DNA of 64,000 nucleotides from an uncultured Verrucomicrobiae bacterium (GTDB taxonomy: Bacteria > Verrucomicrobiota > Verrucomicrobiia > Chthoniobacterales > JAFAMB01): contig CAWEXO010000014.1 in assembly GCA_963813025.1 (NCBI GenBank), positions 288,001 to 352,000 of the forward strand, written 5' to 3'. Of the stretch, positions 52,807 through 62,097 are shown in pieces (position 1 is the stretch's first letter; each line of letters opens with the position of its first letter). The notes beneath the pieces were generated by a model. It was not told where the DNA came from. It searched no databases and was given only the letters and a program-made list of their open reading frames with translations. A program made the position numbers and the translations under genes.

Positions 52807-54525
52807 ATGCAGGTGACTATTTACCGTGACAAGCTGATGATCGAGTTCGTCGAGCCTTTCTTTAAATGGGAGGTGTCGACCGGTTTCCGCCTCGCAGAAA
52901 CTGACCAAGGGAGCGAAAGTTTGCTCTACCTCGTGATAGAACGCATTAATCGATTGTCTTAACTGGGTTTCGACGGCCTCAGAGAGCTGTGCCTTCTTTT
53001 CGTCCATTCTTTCCCGGTATTGGCGAAGCGTTTTGCGGCTGCGCATGACGGCATACAGGGTACCAGTAAGGGCCGCCAAACCGGCGATCGTTCCCGTGAC
53101 ATCGAGGATTGCGGTGTGGGTCAGGATCGCAACGATTGTAAAGAAGCCGCCCGCTGCGGCTACGCCGGTCGGTACCCGGAGCCAGCGAGCGGTTTCCCCA
53201 AAAAGATTTTGCAACTGTTCCCGGACCTGGGCATCGGACATTTGCTCCACCAGTGTCAACTCAACGCGCTGCAGGATAGACTCGCGCTCGGAGAGAAATT
53301 GAGGGACCGCCCCGCGCACTTGCGCCCGGGCCGCCGGACCGAACTGAGCTTGGACGCGCTCCTGAAGATCCTGCCAAACGCCGCGCAGATCAGACTCCAG
53401 TAGAGACAAAGCATGCTCGATCTGCGCCTGCACCTTCGTCTTTACATCCGCCTCAACCTGCTCCTGAAAGTCCTTTTCCCAGCGGCCGCCCAGGAAGATC
53501 ATTTTAAAGGTTTGGCCCACTGTCAAGCGCTCCTGCAACAGCTTTTCGCCGCGTTCGCGACACGCGTCATAGGCTTTCTCCATCTCGCGGACAAAACCGT
53601 TGATCTGGCGAAGCGTCTGTTCCTTTCGTGCGCCCAAGGAACCGCGGATGGTGGCCAGCTTCTGTTGGTCGGCCAGGAGCACAGCCAGGGAGCTGAGGAC
53701 CTGCGACCGGAGATTGTTCAAAATCACCTGCGCGGTTCCGGCTACTGAGCGGATTTTTCCTCCGCGTTCGGCACTTTCAGTGACTGTAGTCGAAATCCAG
53801 TCTTCCAAAGGGCCAAAGTTGCTCTCCGCCCAGAGGCTGGTCGCTGCTGGTTCGCCTTTGACCTTTGCTTGGAATGCCTTTTTGGCGGAGACGGCAAAGA
53901 TCGGAGAGCTGGTACCCAAAATATGCAAGACAGTCTGCTCCAGGTGCTGCTCGACCGTGGCAACCTCGGCGGGACTGCGGAGGTCAGCCTGTTGCAGCAC
54001 GAACACGATGTTTTTCTTCCATTTGTTCCCGAGCAGCCGCAGAAAATTCCAGGCCGATTCGGCCCAGGGATTCGTGATGGAGAAGACAAAGACGATGAGG
54101 TCAGCGACGGGGATGTACCGTTCGGTGATCTCCTGGTGATTGGCAACAATCGTATTGGTGCCCGGCGTATCTACAATGTTGAAGTCGGTGAGAAATTCGA
54201 TCGGCCGGTAGCGTTCGACAATGTGTTCCGAGAGGGGCACATCCTTTTCGGTCTCGGCATATTTGAAGACGTAAATGCGGTCGGTTGCCGGGAGTACGTC
54301 CACCCGGGAGAACTCCTGGCCAAAGAGAGCATTGAGCAATGACGATTTTCCAGACTTCACCTCGCCAACCACGACAAAAAGCAAAGGCTGGTTCAGAGTC
54401 AGGAGCAGTTGTTGGAGTTGTTCGATCGTCTCGGCCGGTGCGCCCAGTTGGCGTGCCAAAGTGAGGAGAGACCCGAGTACGGACCCAACCTGGGAACGCA
54501 ACTCCAGATATTTCTCTCCGACCAT
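52804..54525 (-). CDS. dynamin-like GTPase
   Basis: GEVKSGKSS, DVLPAT, VDTPGTN, coiled coil and C-terminal hydrophobic paddle. Confidence 0.85.
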   Translation of the reverse strand: MVGEKYLELRSQVGSVLGSLLTLARQLGAPAETIEQLQQLLLTLNQPLLFVVVGEVKSGKSSLLNALFGQEFSRVDVLPATDRIYVFKYAETEKDVPLSEHIVERYRPIEFLTDFNIVDTPGTNTIVANHQEITERYIPVADLIVFVFSITNPWAESAWNFLRLLGNKWKKNIVFVLQQADLRSPAEVATVEQHLEQTVLHILGTSSPIFAVSAKKAFQAKVKGEPAATSLWAESNFGPLEDWISTTVTESAERGGKIRSVAGTAQVILNNLRSQVLSSLAVLLADQQKLATIRGSLGARKEQTLRQINGFVREMEKAYDACRERGEKLLQERLTVGQTFKMIFLGGRWEKDFQEQVEADVKTKVQAQIEHALSLLESDLRGVWQDLQERVQAQFGPAARAQVRGAVPQFLSERESILQRVELTLVEQMSDAQVREQLQNLFGETARWLRVPTGVAAAGGFFTIVAILTHTAILDVTGTIAGLAALTGTLYAVMRSRKTLRQYRERMDEKKAQLSEAVETQLRQSINAFYHEVEQTFAPLVSFCEAETGRHLPFKERLDELDHQLVTVNSHLH

Positions 54526-54570
54526 TCTAAAAACGGTACGCTCAGACGAACGAGTGGCGGTTTCGAGCTT

Positions 54571-55452
54571 TCACGGATTCTGATGAACTCCTGCCGCGCC
54601 GGAAACGGTAGCGGCCACCGGAGCAGGCGTCGGAGCGGTCACCGTCTGTGAGGAATCCAATTTCCCGGACGAGCCCGATTTCTTTGCTGCGGCGGCAGGC
54701 GCGGGTTTGTTCATGGCGAGCAATTGACTCACGGTAACAAACTTGAAGCCTTTGGCGGCTAGAGCCGCAAGAGTGGCCGGCATCGCGTCCACTGTCTGCT
54801 GGTGAATGTCGTGGGAAAGGATGATCGCTCCGGGTCGTGCTCCGCTGAGAATTCTTTGCTCGATCACGGCACCGCCCGGACGCTTCCAATCAAAAGGATC
54901 GACCGACCAAAAGATGATATTCAGCCCGTACTTCTGCTCAATCCATTCGCGTTGCTTCTTGGTCAGCGCGCCATAGGGCGGCCGCATGAGTGTCGGGGTG
55001 AACCCGGTCTCGCTCTTGATCGTGTCCTGAGTCTTGGATATTTCCTGGTTGACCCGGTCGTCGGAAAGCTTGGAAAGCTGGGGGTGCGACCAGGAGTGGT
55101 TGCCGATTTCATTGCCATCAGCCAGAATGCGTCTGACGAGATCGGGGTACCTCTCGGCATTCTGGCCGATCAAGAAAAAAGTCGCTTTGATGTTTCGCTC
55201 TTTCAGGAGGTCGAGTAAGCGCGGAGTTGTTGCCGGGCTCGGACCGTCATCAAAGGTCATCGCGATATAGGGTCCATCGACATGCGCCTGAGAATAAGCA
55301 CCCAGCGGTGTACTGGACGCTTTCGCCGCGACGGCGGTGTCCGTCTTGGGCGGCTCAAGCGTGGAGCTCGGGGTGGCCGGGGTGGTTTGGGTTTGTGCGT
55401 AGGCTCCGGTAAGACCGAGCGTCAGGATGAGGATAGGAAATAAATAACGCAT
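54571..55452 (-). CDS. secreted polysaccharide deacetylase (CE4)
   Basis: Signal peptide, TFDDGP, GNHSWSHP, RPPYG, ILSHD. Confidence 0.93.
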   Translation of the reverse strand: MRYLFPILILTLGLTGAYAQTQTTPATPSSTLEPPKTDTAVAAKASSTPLGAYSQAHVDGPYIAMTFDDGPSPATTPRLLDLLKERNIKATFFLIGQNAERYPDLVRRILADGNEIGNHSWSHPQLSKLSDDRVNQEISKTQDTIKSETGFTPTLMRPPYGALTKKQREWIEQKYGLNIIFWSVDPFDWKRPGGAVIEQRILSGARPGAIILSHDIHQQTVDAMPATLAALAAKGFKFVTVSQLLAMNKPAPAAAAKKSGSSGKLDSSQTVTAPTPAPVAATVSGAAGVHQNP

Positions 55453-55456
55453 TGAG

Positions 55457-56326
55457 TTAAAGAAAACGTTCCAGCAGTGGTTTTAACTTTTCAACCGTAG
55501 CATTTGGCCAAAGCTTTCGGCTCGTGACCAGTGCCGAGTCAAGTACACGGTGTTCGGGCCACGTCGGAGACACCGGAATTCGCGCAACAACATGAGGAAG
55601 GATTTTTCGAGCCGCTTCAGCATTGGTTGTCAAGTGCTCGATAACGGTTTGCGCGTTTACGGGCTCGTCTTCGGCTCTCCAGCAGTCGTAATCCGTCACG
55701 AAATTCATTGAGGCAAGTGAAATCTCGGCTTCACGGGCCAACTTGGCTTCCGGGAGATTGGTCATTCCGACAATGTCAAATCCCTGATTGCGGTAAAAGA
55801 GGGATTCGGCTCGGGTCGAGAAAGCCGGCCCATCCATATTGACGTAAGTCCCGCCATTCTGGACGGGAAAGCCAAGGCGAGTCGCCTCTTCAGCGATGAT
55901 CTGTCGGAGGAGTGCGCTGACCGGTTCCGCGAAACTGATGTGGGCAACAATCCCTTGACCGAAGAAAGTCCACTCCGCGCGCCGGCTCGTGCGATCGAAG
56001 AATTGCGACGGCAGCACGATATGACAGGGCGGATATTGCTCTTGCAGACTTCCGACAGCCCCGACCGAGATAATCCAGCGGACATTCAGCGAGCGCAGAG
56101 CATAAATATTTGCCCGATGATTGATTTCGGTTGGCAGGATCCGGTGGCCTCGTCCATGTCGTGGCAGAAAATAGATACGGCGTTTGCCGAGAAGTCCGCT
56201 CATCAGGTGGTCCGAAGGCTGTCCAAAGGGGGTTTCTACCGACAGCTCTTTCGCCGCTTCCAAGCCTTCGATCTGATAAAGCCCGCTTCCTCCGATGACA
56301 CCGATCGCGAATTCTTGTTCACTCAT
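55457..56326 (-). CDS. mtnP: S-methyl-5'-thioadenosine phosphorylase
   Basis: IGVIGGSGLY, RHGRGH, GPAFSTRAES, GMTNLPEAKLARE, VTDYDCW. Confidence 0.93.
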   Translation of the reverse strand: MSEQEFAIGVIGGSGLYQIEGLEAAKELSVETPFGQPSDHLMSGLLGKRRIYFLPRHGRGHRILPTEINHRANIYALRSLNVRWIISVGAVGSLQEQYPPCHIVLPSQFFDRTSRRAEWTFFGQGIVAHISFAEPVSALLRQIIAEEATRLGFPVQNGGTYVNMDGPAFSTRAESLFYRNQGFDIVGMTNLPEAKLAREAEISLASMNFVTDYDCWRAEDEPVNAQTVIEHLTTNAEAARKILPHVVARIPVSPTWPEHRVLDSALVTSRKLWPNATVEKLKPLLERFL

Positions 56327-56425
56327 TGAAAAAGGAATGTTAGGTGAAAGGGTGAGTGGGAGCTAGTTCAGAACTGCGCAACGTGTCTCTGGCTCGGTAC
56401 TGGCAGGGGCGTGAGCGGCATGAAC

Positions 56426-56712
56426 GTAGCGCCGACGGCCCGTCGGTACTCCGGCGAACACGCCCAAGAAATCGCGCGATCCACTCGATCCGGTGATGCT
56501 CAAGGCCATCACTACGAAACTATCCAAGAAATATTGACAGCCTCGTGCGCCGTTGAGATCGACAGATTGCGCCACTTGCTGGGGATCTCGCCCCGGTGTA
56601 CTGACGTGGCCGTCGGCACTACGTAATGTCCCACGCAAGGCCTGATGCGTCGTAGATGAATCGAGGGATCCCGCAAACGTCGAAGTCCGACAGGCACGGG
56701 GCCGTCCGCGCC
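56426..56712. repeat. REP-bounded element containing RAYT gene debris
   Basis: Family B REP at 56426-56449; 21/22-nt match (reverse) to RAYT 42825-42846; homologous to 30399-30570. Confidence 0.8.
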
Positions 56713-56781
56713 AGGCTCATGCCGCTTCGCCCTGTCGGCACCGGGCCCTGAGTACCAAACGCCAGTTCCTTGCACGAGTCA

Positions 56782-58110
56782 CTAATCAGCGGGTATTTGT
56801 GAACCCCGGCGAGCGTGGTTGGACAGGAGCTGTTCCAAAGCCCGGCAAGCGGAATCAACGCCGTTTTCTCCCGCGATTTGCCGAGCGATGGCACGGGCTC
56901 GATTGAGCGTGCTCTCATTGCACAGGAGCGTTCGCAACGCGATAAGCGCCGCCCGGGCGCTGTAACGAGCTCGCGGCACCACCTGACCGACACCCAAACG
57001 AGCTAACCGGGCTGCGTTATCGGGTTGGTCGAAGTTGAAGGGGACGACCAGACTGGGGACCCCAGCTCTTAACTGCTGCGCGGTAGTGCCGACGCCACCC
57101 TGGTGGACGATGGCGGCCGCGCGTCGGAATACCGCGAAGTAGGGAGCATAGTCAATGGCAGCAACTCCCTCGGGCAATGGCTCGGGCAGGCCCCTGCGGT
57201 TCGCCGGCTCTTCGCCAAGCAGCAGCAAAGCGCGCCGGCCCAGAGCTTGGGCGGCGGTGATACTCTCGACGTAGAAGTCTGCTGCCGCATTGACAGCCGT
57301 TGAGCCCAGGGTGAAAACGATGGGTGGGGGGCCCTTGTCCAGAAAACGGGCGAGTGCTGGATTCGGTTCCAGCGAACCGCTTTCGTCGCGATCGTAGAAG
57401 CTGAAGCCGGTCTGGCGAGTCTGTGCCGGCCAGTCGGGCTGCGGGGTGCCCAGCACGGGAGAGAACATCGCAAGCACCAGAGCCCGTGCGTGCTGCCCCT
57501 CGTAGAGCGGGTCGGCACGCGTTGGACTCAAGCCCAATGCACGTCGCAAATCGGCAATGGGTCGGCACCAGCTCCGGGTCATGTACTTCGCGGCGGCGCG
57601 CAAACCGCGGCCCCACCAGGGACGCAAGAATTTTGGACCGCGGCAAAATCCAGCCGGCAAGCCGAGAAGAACCGGCGGGTCAAAGGCCGAGAAGAAGGCC
57701 ATCGGAGCGAGCATTGTGGAGACCCAGGGGACACCTAGCTTCTCAGCCACGAGGGGTGCCGCAAAAACGACCGGGTTGCTGACCAGCAGCTCGGCTTCGT
57801 GCTGTGTGGCAATCCTCTGCAGGTCAGCATAGGTGTCACGGACGGACGGGATGATCAGGTCGCGGAAGGTAAACTCTGGTCCCTTTTTGGGATCGAGAAT
57901 GCGGGCATAGAGTCCGCTGTCGACCAGCGGCGGCGCCGGGCGCAGCGACTCAAAGGCAAGTCCGGCTGCTTCGACTCGGGCTCTATAGCAGGTTGGGGCA
58001 GCGACTATGGGCAAGTGTCCCCGTTCCTGCAAGCCCAAGGCTAACGCTATGTAGGGATGCAGGTCGCCCAGCGAACCGATGGTTGCGATAACAAGGCGTT
58101 TGCAGGACAT
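56782..58110 (-). CDS. GT-B glycosyltransferase, family 1 (RhlB/sterol-GT-like)
   Basis: GSLGDLHP, FTLGS, VHQGGVGTT, FDQPDNA. Confidence 0.9.
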   Translation of the reverse strand: MSCKRLVIATIGSLGDLHPYIALALGLQERGHLPIVAAPTCYRARVEAAGLAFESLRPAPPLVDSGLYARILDPKKGPEFTFRDLIIPSVRDTYADLQRIATQHEAELLVSNPVVFAAPLVAEKLGVPWVSTMLAPMAFFSAFDPPVLLGLPAGFCRGPKFLRPWWGRGLRAAAKYMTRSWCRPIADLRRALGLSPTRADPLYEGQHARALVLAMFSPVLGTPQPDWPAQTRQTGFSFYDRDESGSLEPNPALARFLDKGPPPIVFTLGSTAVNAAADFYVESITAAQALGRRALLLLGEEPANRRGLPEPLPEGVAAIDYAPYFAVFRRAAAIVHQGGVGTTAQQLRAGVPSLVVPFNFDQPDNAARLARLGVGQVVPRARYSARAALIALRTLLCNESTLNRARAIARQIAGENGVDSACRALEQLLSNHARRGSQIPAD

Positions 58111-58162
58111 GCGGATACGCTTTCTACGGTTGTAGACACTAAGATAGTGCCCATTGGCAGCC

Positions 58163-58345
58163 TAGTGCGCCGTCTCATATATAACGATGACGTTGCGGCA
58201 GGTCAGCTGGCTGTTTTTCAAGGCGCGGTCCGAGCCGGATTGGCAGTAGGAGCGTCCATATCCGGATTCATACGGCTCGGACCGCCTTGCCGGCGGCCCA
58301 TTTTGAACGCAATGACGTCATCGGTATATATGAGACGGTGCACTA
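58163..58345. mobile_element. MITE (183 bp), internal-deletion relative of 52476-52806
   Basis: Same TIRs and flanks (cTA...CTAa); lacks the central ~150 bp. Confidence 0.88.
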
Positions 58346-59722
58346 AACCCCGGAAGCCGAAGCAATATTGTATCTCTGGAGCCGCCGGTAATAAGCGCTT
58401 CGGCTGAGTCCGAGAGCTTTTGCGGCCAAATTGGCATCGCCAGCGTAACGAACAAGCGCTCGCCGCAGAAGATAGGCTTCCGCTTCGGCGAGGTTCATTT
58501 CTTCCAGAGCGGTCGTCCTGAAGGCGGGACGAGCAGATTGCAACCAGAGTTGGCTGGCATCGATCTCATTTCCTTTTGTCAGGAGAATGCTCCGCTCGAG
58601 AACATGCCGAAGCTCGCGAATATTTCCGGGCCAGGCATACTGTCGGAGTACCTCGACCGCCTGCGCCGATACCCGGATTCCTGGTTTGCGATACTTGGGG
58701 CCAAGATGCCGGACAATGGTTTGAATCAGCGTTGGCAGATCTTCCAAACGTTCCCGGAGCGGCGGTAGATGAATCTGGATGGTATTCAGTCGAAACAGCA
58801 GGTCTTCGCGAAATTTTCCGAGTTGAATTTCTCGGGCGGGATCGGCGTTGGTCGCACTCAACACCCTTACATCAACCGTTTGCGTTTTCGAGGAGCCGAC
58901 GCGCTCAAACTCGCCAGTCTCAAGGATGCGCAACACTTTGGCCTGCTGTGCTGAACTGAGATTAGCAATTTCATCGAGGAACAGAGTGCCTTGATCGGCC
59001 AGTTCGAAACGGCCAACGCGGTCGGTCCGCGCATCGGTGAAAGCCCCTTTCACATGCCCGAACATTTCACTTTCGAAAAGGCCGTCGGGAATTGCGCCCA
59101 TATTAACGCTGATTAGCGGCCGTCCTGCCCGTGCGGAGAGGCGATGGAGTCGCGTTGCGACCACATTTTTCCCAGTGCCGCTCTCGCCCGTGATCAAGAC
59201 GTTGGCATCCGAGGGCGCGATCTGTTGCACGAGATGGTCAATCCGCTGCATCGCCGGAGACGAACTGACGAAATCAGGCGCTTTCTGGTCCGAGCGCAAT
59301 GCCTCGTTCTCTGCTTCCAACCGACGATTGTCCCGCAAGGTCGTCTTCAACTGGATCTGGGTGCGCAGGATCGAGACCAGCCGTTCATTGTTCCAGGGTT
59401 TTTGTAAAAAGTCCTTCGCACCCATCCGGATCGCGTCGACAGCGAGAGAAATGGAAGCCCACGCGGTCATCACCACCACTGGAAGAGCCGGGTCTTGCCG
59501 CTGCAAGCTCTGCAAAAGCGCGAGGCCTTCCTCACTGGAGGTGTGTTCCCGATCGTAATTCATGTCGATTAAGGCAAGGTCAAAATCATGTTCTGCAACC
59601 AGGGCGAGCGCCTGCTTCGGTGACTCCGCTGAAACCGCTTCAAAATTTTCCGCGGCGCAAACGACCGATAATGCGCGCAGGATTTCGGGCTGATCGTCAA
59701 CGATTAGAATACGGGGGCGCAT
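58343..59722 (-). CDS. sigma-54-dependent response regulator (REC-AAA+-Fis HTH)
   Basis: ILIVDD, GESGTGK, ESEMFGH.KGAFTDA, FLDEI, WPGNIREL, HTH. Confidence 0.93.
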   Translation of the reverse strand: MRPRILIVDDQPEILRALSVVCAAENFEAVSAESPKQALALVAEHDFDLALIDMNYDREHTSSEEGLALLQSLQRQDPALPVVVMTAWASISLAVDAIRMGAKDFLQKPWNNERLVSILRTQIQLKTTLRDNRRLEAENEALRSDQKAPDFVSSSPAMQRIDHLVQQIAPSDANVLITGESGTGKNVVATRLHRLSARAGRPLISVNMGAIPDGLFESEMFGHVKGAFTDARTDRVGRFELADQGTLFLDEIANLSSAQQAKVLRILETGEFERVGSSKTQTVDVRVLSATNADPAREIQLGKFREDLLFRLNTIQIHLPPLRERLEDLPTLIQTIVRHLGPKYRKPGIRVSAQAVEVLRQYAWPGNIRELRHVLERSILLTKGNEIDASQLWLQSARPAFRTTALEEMNLAEAEAYLLRRALVRYAGDANLAAKALGLSRSAYYRRLQRYNIASASGV

Positions 59723-60077
59723 ACAAACAGCTGAGCAGCTGGACAAGCGACAGTCAATCGAGCGGCGGGAGCGGCGGGAGCGGGTTCAGCGGAGGGATCT
59801 AGCGGAAAAGCAATGAGAGCTGATAAACTGATCACCCGCGTGGTAGTACAGTTCCGAAAAATCGATTTACATCCTTTTACATTGTTAAAATTTGATTAGC
59901 CACCAGCTTGCTCGGTCCGCGACATCTACTGGCGCAAATTAACATTCAACCGGACGAGCCCTTTCGAGAACTGAGTTCATCGCAATCGAGGCAAATAAAG
60001 ACAGTGAGCCGGGAGGAAACGGCAGCCCGCGAAAAAGGTCGCGGACACGGAGCTCTAGAGAGTCGAGATGTTTTCGA

Positions 60078-60146
60078 TCAAGAGGCAGCGAGACCCGGAT
60101 CGACGGCGGCTGTGTAGAGCACGAAGAGCAAAGTCACCTTGATCAT
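60078..60146 (-). CDS. candidate 22-aa hydrophobic small protein (MIKVTLLFVLYTAAVDPGLAAS)
   Basis: Perfect AAGGAGG Shine-Dalgarno (60155-60161) 8 nt before the ATG; lies in an otherwise empty intergenic region. Confidence 0.4.
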   Translation of the reverse strand: MIKVTLLFVLYTAAVDPGLAAS

Positions 60147-60244
60147 TTATCCGGCCTCCTTCCCAGAAGGTGCCCTTTTAAAATCAAGCGAACGAGGAGT
60201 TGCCAACAAGAAAAGCGCTTTTAGGGGGAGATTGTTAGTGCCGC

Positions 60245-60694
60245 TCACTGCATGGCCATCTGTCCGGTTGTCCAGTCGCCCAGCGCGGCTTCTTTCCGCT
60301 TGAGCTTTGTCAGAACCAGAAGAGTTCCGTTCCGCTTATGCAGGTAATCCACTTGATCAAATGCTTGCTTGATCAAGTGTACGCCAAGTCCGCCTGGACG
60401 GAGATGCTCGAGGGTTCTCGGCTGGAACCCGCCGTGGGCCAACCGTTCGCCGTAATCGCGTAAACGGAACCGGACAGAACCGCCCTGCCCGGTCTCCACC
60501 GAAAGACAGATCAGTTTGTCTTCGGCCAGATGATACGCATGCCGAATGATGTTGGTGCAGGCTTCATCGACTCCAAGCACCATCAGATCGATTTCTCGCG
60601 AGGGGAAGGACCGGCTTTCCAAAAATTTTCGAACCCACTGCCGCATCAGCATCAAATTGGCCGGATGACTGGCGAATTCGATCTTCTGTTTCAT
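60245..60694 (-). CDS. anti-sigma factor / Ser kinase (RsbW-like HATPase)
   Basis: LGVDEACTNIIRHAY, RDYG, GGLGVHLI. Confidence 0.9.
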   Translation of the reverse strand: MKQKIEFASHPANLMLMRQWVRKFLESRSFPSREIDLMVLGVDEACTNIIRHAYHLAEDKLICLSVETGQGGSVRFRLRDYGERLAHGGFQPRTLEHLRPGGLGVHLIKQAFDQVDYLHKRNGTLLVLTKLKRKEAALGDWTTGQMAMQ

Positions 60695-61965
60695 TTTAAA
60701 CCAAGCGCTAAAATCGTGAGATCATCGTACGGCGGGGCCTCGCCGCGGTGCTCTGCTTCCGTTTTGACAAGCGCATCGACGACCGCCTGAGCATCGGCCA
60801 AGGCCCCGGCTAAGGTCGCTTTTATCTTGTGCAAACCAAGCGGTTGTCGACAGTCGTTGAACGACTCCACCAAACCATCAGTATAGAAAATCGCCTGGTG
60901 TCCAGGCAACAATTTGATTTGATTGGCCGGATAAGTCATTTCACTCTTTATACCCAGGGGTGGTAGAGCCTCAATCCTGGGTTCATTCACTTGACCGTCG
61001 AGCGATCGCAGCAGAGGAGCGTTATGTCCAGCGGCAGCGAATTCCAGTAAGCCAGTCTCGGGAACGATTCGCCCCAGCACAGCGGTTATAAACATCCCAT
61101 GAATCGTCCGACTGCAGAGCCGCGTATTCCAGCGGCCCAAAGCTTCCGCGGGGGAAACTCCGCGATGAGCGATGAGCCGCAGCATGCTGAGCGCTTGCGC
61201 CATCATGAGAGCGGCCGGCATTCCCTTGCCCGAAACATCGCCAAGCACAAAATAGAACTCGCCCGGATTGCGCTCAAAGACATCGTAAAAATCGCCGGCG
61301 ATCTCCCTGGCTGGCCGATAAAAACTCGCGAGTGACAGAAGCTCGGTGGACGGCAAAATATCGGGAAGAAAGGAGTGCTGGATCTCGGTGGCCAAGGTGA
61401 GATCTTTTTCCAACAGGTGACGTTCCCGCTCTCTCTCTATCGCGCGCAGCTTCACGATCGCCGTCCCTACCATGTTGCCGTAGGCTTCAAAGGCTTCCAG
61501 GTCGAGTTTATCAAACTGCCCCTTGTTCAGTGGATTCAAGACTTCCAGGACACCGATCTCCGTTTCACCTTGGAATAGCGGTACACAAAGAATCGAGCGG
61601 GTGACAAACCCCGAGCGCTCGTCCAGTTTGGGATAAAAACGCGGGTCACGATACGCCTCTTCGACCAGGACGCTCTGATGATGATCACGCACCCAACCCG
61701 CAATCCCTTGAGAACGTGGAACGCTCACGCCATTGCTCAGACGTTCTTGTGCCGGACCACGAGCAACCACGAGGTCGAGGTCTCCGCTTGTTTCGTTGAT
61801 CAAAAAGAGCGAACTCGCCTCAGCATGCATAACGCGGGTAGCCACATCCAGAATCGCGGGAATGAGCTCGTTGAAATCAGTAATCGAATTGATCAATCCA
61901 CTGACTTCGACGAGTCCTTTGTAAAAGGAGACGGACCGCTGCAGGTCTTCCACTGTTTGCGTCAT
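60691..61965 (-). CDS. GAF + PP2C (SpoIIE/RsbU-like) phosphatase
   Basis: GAF (GIAGWV, RSILCVPL), GDFYD, GDVSGKG, AGH, YTDG, DDLT. Confidence 0.92.
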   Translation of the reverse strand: MTQTVEDLQRSVSFYKGLVEVSGLINSITDFNELIPAILDVATRVMHAEASSLFLINETSGDLDLVVARGPAQERLSNGVSVPRSQGIAGWVRDHHQSVLVEEAYRDPRFYPKLDERSGFVTRSILCVPLFQGETEIGVLEVLNPLNKGQFDKLDLEAFEAYGNMVGTAIVKLRAIERERERHLLEKDLTLATEIQHSFLPDILPSTELLSLASFYRPAREIAGDFYDVFERNPGEFYFVLGDVSGKGMPAALMMAQALSMLRLIAHRGVSPAEALGRWNTRLCSRTIHGMFITAVLGRIVPETGLLEFAAAGHNAPLLRSLDGQVNEPRIEALPPLGIKSEMTYPANQIKLLPGHQAIFYTDGLVESFNDCRQPLGLHKIKATLAGALADAQAVVDALVKTEAEHRGEAPPYDDLTILALGLK

Positions 61966-62097
61966 ACGGCCAACCCAGTTTGCGTTTGTTGTCGTTCTCT
62001 GTAAACCTGGTTTTTTTCTGAGTCGTTTCAGTCAGAACATATTCGTTCTTGTGTTGCATAATCACGCGAAAATATCTAAGAATTATGCGAAGTTCGC

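Noticed and set aside
60186..60206. Possible sigma-54 promoter (TTGGCA) on the minus strand
   Set aside because: There is no GC at the required GG-N10-GC spacing.
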